In this document: positions 56,714 to 64,000 of the stretch, piece by piece
How positions within the stretch are numbered: position 1 is the stretch's first letter
Layout of the letters: each line of letters starts with the position of its first letter
Source: Caldilineaceae bacterium
GTDB lineage: Bacteria; Chloroflexota; Anaerolineae; Caldilineales; Caldilineaceae
Assembly (NCBI GenBank): GCA_019637685.1
Contig: JAHBVF010000015.1
Span: 7,875-71,874 of the forward strand
Length of the DNA stretch: 64,000 nt
Reading direction: 5' to 3'
Translations under genes and position numbers: made by a program
The notes under the pieces: generated by a model
Database searches by the model: none
Seen by the model: only the letters and a program-made list of their open reading frames with translations
Told to the model about the DNA's origin: nothing

Positions 56714-57799
56714 ATGAGTCAAAAAAAACTTGGTTTGGTGGAATTAGAATGGGTATGCCCCAACTGTGGCAGCCGCAATCCTGGCCCGGAAAAAAAGTGC
56801 AGCGGGTGCGGCAAGCCTCAGCCGGAAGACGTGGCTTTTGTTCAGCCGGTGGACCGGGCGATTCTGACCGACGCCCAGGCAATCAGCGACGCGACCCGCG
56901 CTCCGGACATCCATTGCCCCTATTGCAATGCCCGCAACCGCGCGGACGCAAAAAATTGTCGGAACTGTGGCGCGCCCCTGGCCGGGGGCGTCCAGCGCAA
57001 AGCGGGCGCGGTGGTCGGGGCCTATGGGGATACGCCGCTGACACCCATCAAATGCCCGGCCTGTGGCACAGAGAATCCCGGCGACGCGGTGCGTTGTGTG
57101 CGCTGCGGCGCGGGGCTAGTCCCCGGAGCGCAGCTCGAAGAACGGGCGCGTACAGCCCCCGCGGCCGCGGCCAAGCCGGGGTGCAGCCGCACAATACTGC
57201 TCATCGGTGCTGGCCTCTTCCTGCTCATCCTGTTTTTCTTCTACCTGTCAACCCGCACCACCGCCACCATAGGGGTCGTCAAGGACATTGCCTGGGAGCG
57301 CTCGGTGGTCGTGGAGGCGCTGGTCCCTGTGCGCCGGGAAGCCTGGCTGACAGAGATACCCGCGGGTGTGCCTGTGGGCCAGTGCCGCAGCGAAGTCGTG
57401 CGCACCCAGGACGAACCCACAGACAATTCGGTGGAGGTCTGTGGCACGCCCTATACCGTCGATCAGGGCACGGGCTTTGGAGAAGTGGTGCAGGACTGCC
57501 AGTATCAGGTCTATGCGGATTTTTGCCAATACACAGTGGAAGAGTGGAAGGCCACAGATACACTGGTGACCAGTGGCGAAGGGATCGCGGCGGGGGCCTG
57601 GCCCAGCCTGGCCACAACCGGGCAGCAGCGGCCGGGCGGGCGCAGCGAGCGGTATGTAATTCAGTTTGAAACGGACGGAGCTGTATATGAGTATGTGGTC
57701 AAACAACCGGAAGAGGCTGCCGCGTTCAGCATTGGCAGCCGCTGGTCACTGGAAATCAACACATTTGGTGTTTTGACGGACGTGGAGCCGCCCCGTTGA
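56714..57799 (+). CDS. multi-zinc-ribbon membrane-anchored protein
   Basis: Four CxxC-x(n)-CxxC ribbons in first 140 aa (CPNCG..CSGCG; CPYCN..CRNCG; CPACG..CVRCG), one TM helix (ILLIGAGLFLLILFFFYL), then a ~190-aa Cys-containing domain. Confidence 0.6.
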   Translation: MSQKKLGLVELEWVCPNCGSRNPGPEKKCSGCGKPQPEDVAFVQPVDRAILTDAQAISDATRAPDIHCPYCNARNRADAKNCRNCGAPLAGGVQRKAGAVVGAYGDTPLTPIKCPACGTENPGDAVRCVRCGAGLVPGAQLEERARTAPAAAAKPGCSRTILLIGAGLFLLILFFFYLSTRTTATIGVVKDIAWERSVVVEALVPVRREAWLTEIPAGVPVGQCRSEVVRTQDEPTDNSVEVCGTPYTVDQGTGFGEVVQDCQYQVYADFCQYTVEEWKATDTLVTSGEGIAAGAWPSLATTGQQRPGGRSERYVIQFETDGAVYEYVVKQPEEAAAFSIGSRWSLEINTFGVLTDVEPPR

Positions 57800-57938
57800 C
57801 CCCCATACCGGGCAGCAAAGCACTCCATTCTCATTGTATTGTTATCTGCGTCTATTGGTTGGGTATTGTACTGGTTGGGTATTGTGCAGCAACAGTCTGA
57901 TAATCGGCCCCACAGAAGCGGCCAGGAAAGGTGGATGG

Positions 57939-58610
57939 ATGATCCCATTAAGCGATGGCATTCGTACACACCGAACACCTTGGGTAACTTATGCCATTCT
58001 GGTAATCAATGTCGGCGTCTTCTCCTATACCAGTTTTCTCAGCCCAGAGAATTACAACATCTTTCTGCGCACCTATGGGCTGATTCCCTTCCGGGTCATG
58101 CGCAGCTTTGATGCCGAGGCGATCTCCGACCTTTTCACCAGTATGTTTCTGCACGGCTCCCTGCTCCACCTGGGGAGCAATATGCTCTATTTGTGGATAT
58201 TTGGCGACAATGTGGAAGACGCGTTGGGGCCAATAGGGTATGCGGTATTCTATCTAATCGGCGGGCTGCTGGCATCCTTCAGCCATATCTTCACCAATGC
58301 CACCTCGACCATACCGACGGTAGGGGCCAGCGGCGCGATTGCGGCTATTTTAGGGGCCTATCTGGTCCTCTATCCTGGCAGCCGTGTGCGCACACTCATA
58401 CCGCTTGGCTTTTACATGCGCATTGCCCTGCTCCCGGCCTCTCTGGTGTTAGGTCTGTGGTTTGTGATTCAGGTTATCCAGGGATTTCTGGCAGTGGGGA
58501 CAACGACCGACGCTGGCGGAGTGGCGGTGTGGGCACATGTGGGCGGCTTTGTGGTTGGGGCGATTCTGGGGCGCATCTTTATGCAACGCGACGCCAAAAA
58601 AAGCTGGTAG
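57939..58610 (+). CDS. rhomboid family intramembrane serine protease
   Basis: HxxxN motif (HLGSNMLYLWIFG) and catalytic GASGAIAAILGAY. Start at MIPLSDG after AGGAAAGGTGG. Confidence 0.85.
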   Translation: MIPLSDGIRTHRTPWVTYAILVINVGVFSYTSFLSPENYNIFLRTYGLIPFRVMRSFDAEAISDLFTSMFLHGSLLHLGSNMLYLWIFGDNVEDALGPIGYAVFYLIGGLLASFSHIFTNATSTIPTVGASGAIAAILGAYLVLYPGSRVRTLIPLGFYMRIALLPASLVLGLWFVIQVIQGFLAVGTTTDAGGVAVWAHVGGFVVGAILGRIFMQRDAKKSW

Positions 58611-58647
58611 CACTTTCGATTCAATCCAAACAAAAGGCGGTACACCA

Positions 58648-59250
58648 ATGAGCAGCAAACTGAGTACAACTGTAGCAGCCACCCCCGCGGAGGACATGGC
58701 CGTCGTGCGCGAGATGGCCAATGAGATGCAGGATTACCTGATGGGGGAGGAAGTCTACCGCACACTGATTGTGGTCACAGCCCAGGGCGAAGAACGCATC
58801 CAGAGCAGTTGCGGCGATCTGCTGGCCCGGCTGCACAAACTGGAGGGGCTGAACAAACTCCTGACCGCTGCCCAGCGGGATGAACTGGTATCCATTCGTC
58901 GTCGGCTGGACGCCACCACCCAGAGTTTGCAGGCACGCTATCAGGGGCTGATCGTGCGCGAGATTCGCGCCCGGCTCAACAGCCTGCAATGGTATCTGGA
59001 CGATTGCGACGAGGACCCAAAGGCGTGTCGGGTCCAATACCCCTTTGAAATACGCAACCGGCAACGCATTGCCGAAATGCTCAAAGCACTGGGCGATCGG
59101 AAACCGGCTGATCTTCAGGGCGAAGTGGATGCCATCGACCGCCGCCTGCGGGATATGACCACAGGGGCAGACTTTGTGTGGGACAAACGGGTGCAGACTG
59201 TCTATCCCCAGGACGAGTACTGGTATCTCTACGCCTTGCCCAATGGCTGA
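58648..59250 (+). CDS. hypothetical protein
   Basis: 200 aa, helical. No family recognised. Confidence 0.45.
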   Translation: MSSKLSTTVAATPAEDMAVVREMANEMQDYLMGEEVYRTLIVVTAQGEERIQSSCGDLLARLHKLEGLNKLLTAAQRDELVSIRRRLDATTQSLQARYQGLIVREIRARLNSLQWYLDDCDEDPKACRVQYPFEIRNRQRIAEMLKALGDRKPADLQGEVDAIDRRLRDMTTGADFVWDKRVQTVYPQDEYWYLYALPNG

Positions 59251-60296
59251 TTGGGCAGTGGCTGATCTGATTGTTCAGCCTCAAACCGATGGCTGCCCGC
59301 GGTAGCCAGCCGGATCAGCAATTGGCGGGCTGGTCCGGTCTGCACCTGCCAGGGGTGAATGTACGCTTGTAGATGGGGGTGCTCGTCCATGGCCGCGGCA
59401 TAGCGGGCGTGCCAGGCGTCAAAAACCCCGTGCAAGCTCTCCGCCACAGATGGCAACTGCTCGTATTGGGCCGCGCCGCGCAAAAGGGTTTCCAGCATTT
59501 GCGCTTTTGTCCCAAAGCCCCTGGGCAACCGGTGGGCGCGGCCCACCCGCCCGATCGCCCCCCGACTCAAATAGATTCCACTCAGCGGCGGCGCGGTCAG
59601 ATAGGCAGCAATCTCCCGCAGGCCGGCCGCCTCGTCGTTCAGCAGATCGGGCGCTTCGGGCAGGGCGACGGGGGGCTGTCCTCTTCCCGCGGGATGGATG
59701 GCTGTTGCCTGCTCGGCCACCATTTCCACCAGCAGCCCGGCCAGGGCCGCATAAAAAGGCGACTCTTCGGCCTGGACTGCCAGGGCAAAAGGATGGAGCC
59801 AGGCCAGCAGATGTTCGGCCAGGAACTCCCCTTGCAGATCAGCCATACGCTGTGCCACCCCGGCCTTGCCATCCTCCCACGCATCGGCCTCTGCCCCGGA
59901 CAGAAAGGCCAGCAGCCCCAGCTCTTCGCTAATCGCATCCGCGCCAGACGCATTGGGGTCTGGCCGAAAACCGCAGCGGCGGTAGTCCGCCAACACCCGC
60001 TCGGCCACGGGGCCGCCGAGCAGCCCGTCCGCATCCAGAAACAAACTCTCGTGGGGGGGGATTTCCCGGCCCAGGAGACGGAAATGCTCAGCAGCGCTCT
60101 CGTCTTCGTCATAGGGATCGGGGAGATGTTCCGCCAAACCGGGCAAACTGGCGACCAGCCGCGCCAGCTCAGGCGTGGGGCCGTGGCGGAAGAGACGGGC
60201 AAACAGGCCATAGAGACGGTGGCGGGCCACAGCCAGTTGGGAGGGGGATAGGGATTTCTCTGGGATCATTCGACTCTCCGGGGCAAGGGTTCTCAT
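59229..60296 (-). CDS. TorD/DmsD-like redox-enzyme maturation chaperone (putative)
   Basis: Acidic helical protein with RLYGLFARLF and EFLAEHLLAWL blocks resembling TorD family. Confidence moderate; true start may be internal. Confidence 0.45.
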   Translation of the reverse strand: MRTLAPESRMIPEKSLSPSQLAVARHRLYGLFARLFRHGPTPELARLVASLPGLAEHLPDPYDEDESAAEHFRLLGREIPPHESLFLDADGLLGGPVAERVLADYRRCGFRPDPNASGADAISEELGLLAFLSGAEADAWEDGKAGVAQRMADLQGEFLAEHLLAWLHPFALAVQAEESPFYAALAGLLVEMVAEQATAIHPAGRGQPPVALPEAPDLLNDEAAGLREIAAYLTAPPLSGIYLSRGAIGRVGRAHRLPRGFGTKAQMLETLLRGAAQYEQLPSVAESLHGVFDAWHARYAAAMDEHPHLQAYIHPWQVQTGPARQLLIRLATAGSHRFEAEQSDQPLPNQPLGKA

Positions 60297-60447
60297 TCAG
60301 CCTACCCCAAGCCGTTGCTTTGCGCAACAAATCGGGCGGCTTTGGGTCGACTGCTGGATCGTACAATCGTTCGCCTTTCAGGTATCCTTTCACCTTTAGT
60401 ATAATTGGAAAATCCACCTACACACTCTGCTGCGTAAGGAGATAACC

Positions 60448-62292
60448 GTGAAAGGCTTCAAAGTGTTATTTATCAGTGGAATACTGGCCTTGTGTCTTGC
60501 CGGTCTGCCGCTGTGGACAATTGGCAGGCTGGCAGCAGCCCCGCCAGCTATTGCCCAGCCGTCCAGCACACAAGCGCGTGTGCGCAATGGCGATTTTGAG
60601 CAGGGGGAGACAGCCTGGGCGAAGGTCGGCTCCCACGGCGGTGTGGTGGCCGCGGGCAATCCCGGCAACGGAATGCGCATTTGGCCCTCTGTGCTGGACA
60701 CCAACAATCTGGCCTACATCGCGCAGCAGATTCATCTGCCTTCCACAACCAACGGAGCCACCTTCCGCTACGACTATCGCTTTACAACCGAAGGGGGATC
60801 GCTCGTCTTTGCCACCTTTGGGGCGGCCATCTACACCGACCTGAACCAAAACCCCCTTGTGACTCTCCACGAAATTACCGACAGCAGCCAGCTTTCCAGC
60901 GAATGGCAGACAACCCCCAAGACCCTTTCCACGGCAGAGGTGGCGGCCCTGCAGGATGCACACAGCGCGGGGCTGCCGCTGCTGCTGGTCGTCCTTCTCC
61001 AGGCCGCGGACCTATCTGTCACAGTGGACAACATCAGTCTGACCGTGGATGGCGCGATGAGCTATCCCGTTGTGGCTGGTGAGATCGTCTTTTTGGGGCA
61101 GAACGCGAGCAATTACAATACGACCGTCAACCGTATCAAGATTGATGGCAGCGGGCGGCAAACCCTGTGGAGTCACCCCGACGACACCAGCCCCAATATA
61201 TACGATGTGGCCTGGAAACCAGACGCCAGCGAAATCGCCTTTAGCAGCGATCACGAATTTGCCTATTCGGCCTATCACGCGGACATCTATGGGATGGATG
61301 CGGCTGGGGGGCATCTGCGCCGCATCACCAATCCACCGGCCAAGACGAGCTGGCCCAACGGTCACGCCACAGGGACCGTCACCGGCAGGATACACAACAG
61401 CGGCATCAGTTTTCCCGCGCCCTTTCTGATCTACATTCAGGGAGCCAAGGAGCCAGTCAGCGTTTCCATGCCCGCGTTTGACGAGGAGGTCTCTTTCACT
61501 GTGCCCGATGTGGAGGACCTGGGCACGGGGATCAACCAGTTTGCCGTCTTTTCCTGGAGCGGCGGCCAGTGTGCCAACGGCAGAGAGTATAAGCCAGCCG
61601 TGGGTGATGTACAGGCCGGGACAACCGTCGACGTGGGCACACTCAGTTTTAATGGCCTGTGCAATCACTACAACGCCAACCACATCAGTTGGAAAAAGGA
61701 CGGCAGCCAGGTTGGCTTTCTTGTGGGTGGGGTCCCCCAACGGGTGAAAAGCAGCGGTGAAACTGGGGGCACGGAACTCTTCGCGGGCGCGGACTTTTCC
61801 AATCTGGACCTGGCCTGGTCACCCCTGGATGACCGCATTCTGTACACCCGGCGGCGTGACCCCGGCACAGGCAACACAATTTTTCTGACCAGCGCGGGCG
61901 GCGCAACCGGCACACAGCTTGCCCTGGACAATCAGAACGACCACGAGAATCCGGTCTGGTTGCCCGACGGCACGGGTTTTCTCTTCACCTACAACGGCGG
62001 CCAGGCCATTGGCCGCTATACGTTCCAGAGCGGGCAAAGCCAGGTACTCGTCACCTTCTATGGCGAACGGGTGGAGAATCTGAGTATTGCGCCGGATGGG
62101 CAGTATTTGGCCTTCGAAAGGCAAAATGTGGACAATAGCCGTCGGGACCTGTGGGTTTTGGCGGTGGACAAGCCCAACCAGCAGTGGCAGGTGACGGACG
62201 ACGGTCGCAGCGGCAACCCGGACTGGAGTCGGCAAGCCCCCGGCAGTCCCAGCCAGCCCAAAAGCATTTTTCTGCCCACACTGATGCGATAG
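60448..62292 (+). CDS. secreted beta-propeller (TolB/PD40-like) repeat protein
   Basis: Signal peptide MKGFKVLFISGILALCLAGLPLW. C-terminal repeats of DxSPDG/WSPDG type (WKPDASEIAF, WSPLDDRILY, WLPDGTGFLF, IAPDGQYLAF). Confidence 0.6.
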   Translation: MKGFKVLFISGILALCLAGLPLWTIGRLAAAPPAIAQPSSTQARVRNGDFEQGETAWAKVGSHGGVVAAGNPGNGMRIWPSVLDTNNLAYIAQQIHLPSTTNGATFRYDYRFTTEGGSLVFATFGAAIYTDLNQNPLVTLHEITDSSQLSSEWQTTPKTLSTAEVAALQDAHSAGLPLLLVVLLQAADLSVTVDNISLTVDGAMSYPVVAGEIVFLGQNASNYNTTVNRIKIDGSGRQTLWSHPDDTSPNIYDVAWKPDASEIAFSSDHEFAYSAYHADIYGMDAAGGHLRRITNPPAKTSWPNGHATGTVTGRIHNSGISFPAPFLIYIQGAKEPVSVSMPAFDEEVSFTVPDVEDLGTGINQFAVFSWSGGQCANGREYKPAVGDVQAGTTVDVGTLSFNGLCNHYNANHISWKKDGSQVGFLVGGVPQRVKSSGETGGTELFAGADFSNLDLAWSPLDDRILYTRRRDPGTGNTIFLTSAGGATGTQLALDNQNDHENPVWLPDGTGFLFTYNGGQAIGRYTFQSGQSQVLVTFYGERVENLSIAPDGQYLAFERQNVDNSRRDLWVLAVDKPNQQWQVTDDGRSGNPDWSRQAPGSPSQPKSIFLPTLMR

Positions 62293-62539
62293 ATGATCAG
62301 CCCAAAAGCGGGAGCCAGCGCCTGCCCGATGGACAAAACTGACGGCCAGCCGCGACCGGGTGAAAACCCTCACCATCTGGTCAGGAGGGAAACCGACCTA
62401 TCGTCCAGTTCCGCTTTTTTGGCAAACGTAGTAATCTGCAATAGACTGTCCACCGATGGGCAATCGGCGTGCTGATTGAGGAGTCGGCGCGTATTTCAGT
62501 CTGTGAAAACATATCACTTAGTGCGAGGAGAAAGCTGTA

Positions 62540-63682
62540 ATGAATCGTTCCCCAGTTTCCCGGCGAAACTTTCTAAAAGCTGCCGGTGTTGCAGGCGCGG
62601 GCCTGACGGTCGGTGCCTGTCGCAATGCCAGCGCGCTGCCCGCCGAGGCCACCCGCGCGGCTATGCCACCCACCCCCACGCCGGAACCCACACCGGAACC
62701 CACCCTGGAACCCACCCCCACATTGGAACCCACGGCCGAGCCGGTGGCCATGGCCGAGAGCGAGGCCGTGCCCACGGCGACACCCGCGCCCGCGCCCCAG
62801 GGCAATGCCTGGGAGGAGATGGATCGGATGCACGAGGAGGGTGTAAATATCTTCCTGGATGGCATCGATCCCACCAATGGCTTTTGGGGCACACCTCTGG
62901 AATACAGAGAAGAAGATGGCGTCAAAATCTTTGAAGTGACCTGCCAGGAGGTGGATTGGGAAGTGGAGCCGGGCAACACAGTGGCAGCCATGGCCTATAA
63001 CGGCATTGTCCCTGGCCCGGAGATCCGTGTGACCGAAGGCGATACAGTACGAATTCTTGTCCACAACGAAATGAGCCAGAGCACCGGTGTCCATTGGCAC
63101 GGCGTGATTGTGCCCAACAATATGGACGGCGTGCCCTATTTCACCCAGCCGCCCATCCGCCCCGGCGAGACATTTGTGTACGAGTTTACTACGCGCAATG
63201 CTGGCTCCCACATGTATCACTCCCACCACAACGCGCTGGAGCAGGTGTCCAGAGGACTGCTTGGGGCCTTTATCATTGAGCCAGCAGACAAGACCAACGA
63301 GCCGGTGGTTGACGCTGACTACGTACTCATTATGAACGATGTGGGCATCGGTCTGACCCTCAATGGCAAGTCATTCCCCTACACCCAGCCGATTATGGCA
63401 AAGTTGGGGGAAAAGTTCCGCATCCGCTATATGAACGAGGGTGTGATGATCCACCCTATGCATCTGCACGGCCTGGAACAATTGGTGATTACCAAAGACG
63501 GCTGGCCTTTGCCCCAGCCCTACTACTGCGACACAGTGAATGTGGCCCCTGGCGAGCGCTTCGATGTAATTGTTGAGGCCCATACGCCCGGCGCCTGGGC
63601 CTTCCACTGCCACATCCTCTCCCATGCCGAGTCGGCCCACGGGATGTTTGGAATGGTGACCGCGGTGATAGTGGAGGAGTAG
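62540..63682 (+). CDS. two-domain multicopper oxidase with Tat signal and Pro/Thr/Glu-rich linker
   Basis: SRRNFLKAAGVAGAG Tat motif; copper ligand motifs HWHG, HSHH, HCHILSHAESAHGM; PTPTPEPTPEPTLEPTPTLEPTAEP linker. Confidence 0.85.
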   Translation: MNRSPVSRRNFLKAAGVAGAGLTVGACRNASALPAEATRAAMPPTPTPEPTPEPTLEPTPTLEPTAEPVAMAESEAVPTATPAPAPQGNAWEEMDRMHEEGVNIFLDGIDPTNGFWGTPLEYREEDGVKIFEVTCQEVDWEVEPGNTVAAMAYNGIVPGPEIRVTEGDTVRILVHNEMSQSTGVHWHGVIVPNNMDGVPYFTQPPIRPGETFVYEFTTRNAGSHMYHSHHNALEQVSRGLLGAFIIEPADKTNEPVVDADYVLIMNDVGIGLTLNGKSFPYTQPIMAKLGEKFRIRYMNEGVMIHPMHLHGLEQLVITKDGWPLPQPYYCDTVNVAPGERFDVIVEAHTPGAWAFHCHILSHAESAHGMFGMVTAVIVEE

Positions 63683-63920
63683 GCGACCGCTGGCCGCGGG
63701 GTGCAGACCGTAAAAGGAGCGTGCCAGTTAAAGAGGAGGCTGGCAAGTGGGCAGGGATTTGTTCACTTGTCAGCCTCCTCTGGTGGAAGAGCCATCTGCC
63801 GTTCGGGGCAGGCTGTCGAGACCTGCGGCACGCGGTCTTCTCCCCGGTTTGCACGGAAATCTCCATTCAGCGACAATGGGAACAGGGCGCATCTGGCCCC
63901 GCCAATCCACCGGACCTGTC

Positions 63921-64000
63921 TATGCAATCCAGCGCACCCGCACCAGCCGCACCCACTACTCTGTCGCCCACCCCATCACCCGCCAGGGCCATCTGGCTCT
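63921..64000 (+). CDS. hypothetical protein (5' fragment, runs off window)
   Basis: ATG at 63921 followed by open Pro/Ala-rich frame to window end. Terminator-like hairpin of the multicopper oxidase gene lies upstream at ~63745-63800. Confidence 0.2.

Noticed and set aside
1-64000. tRNA, rRNA, integrase or phage genes
   Set aside because: No cloverleaf-like conserved tRNA boxes, rRNA-like segments or integrase/recombinase ORFs were recognisable by eye. Absence not proven without tRNAscan/cmscan.

Overview
High-GC (~62-65%) bacterial chromosomal window with dense coding on both strands. The six-frame track contains many long antisense shadow ORFs, which I reject. I cannot assign a lineage from sequence alone.

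Most of the window is housekeeping or accessory metabolism:
- an isocitrate/isopropylmalate dehydrogenase family enzyme, an FAD oxidoreductase, inositol monophosphatase, and a TrkH potassium transporter
- an SDR oxidoreductase next to a NitT/TauT-type ABC ATPase and permease
- a two-component module: hybrid PAS/GAF histidine kinase, LuxR-type response regulator and a single-domain receiver
- a ThrH-like HAD enzyme beside a histidine phosphatase
- an iron-type ABC permease and ATPase, zwf, alpha-glucan phosphorylase, and photolyase
- menA, a Tat-signal dienelactone hydrolase, and a folB-folK-folE cluster
- several alpha/beta hydrolases and a class I methyltransferase, a rhomboid protease, a Tat-signal two-domain multicopper oxidase, and a TorD-like chaperone

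The locus that stands out lies at about 33.3-42.0 kb. It is a Type III-like restriction-modification pair in the non-canonical order res then mod, with an unusually long Mod of 906 aa. The two genes are separated by a 1.6 kb insertion carrying a REP-associated tyrosine transposase (RAYT; IS200/Y1 HUH family). The RAYT is flanked on both sides by tandem arrays of classical GTAG-type REP palindromes. Further REP doublets lie at both ends of the locus, and one REP supplies the res stop codon. A tandem duplication of the mod 3' end plus a REP doublet, and a 14-copy 21-nt (heptad) tandem repeat, sit beside the locus.

Several further dispersed non-coding repeat families are visible within this single window:
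- a ~105-nt element, >90% identical, upstream of glgP and of a membrane-protein gene
- a ~162-bp MITE-like element with terminal inverted repeats and an 8-bp target-site-duplication-like flank, with fragments elsewhere
- a ~80-nt terminator-containing element in three copies
- G-rich minisatellite-like repeats near the 5' end

There are also multiple unusually long perfect hairpins (18-25 bp stems) in intergenic regions, and a strongly ribosome-binding-site-supported 35-aa membrane ORF that is absent from the ORF track.
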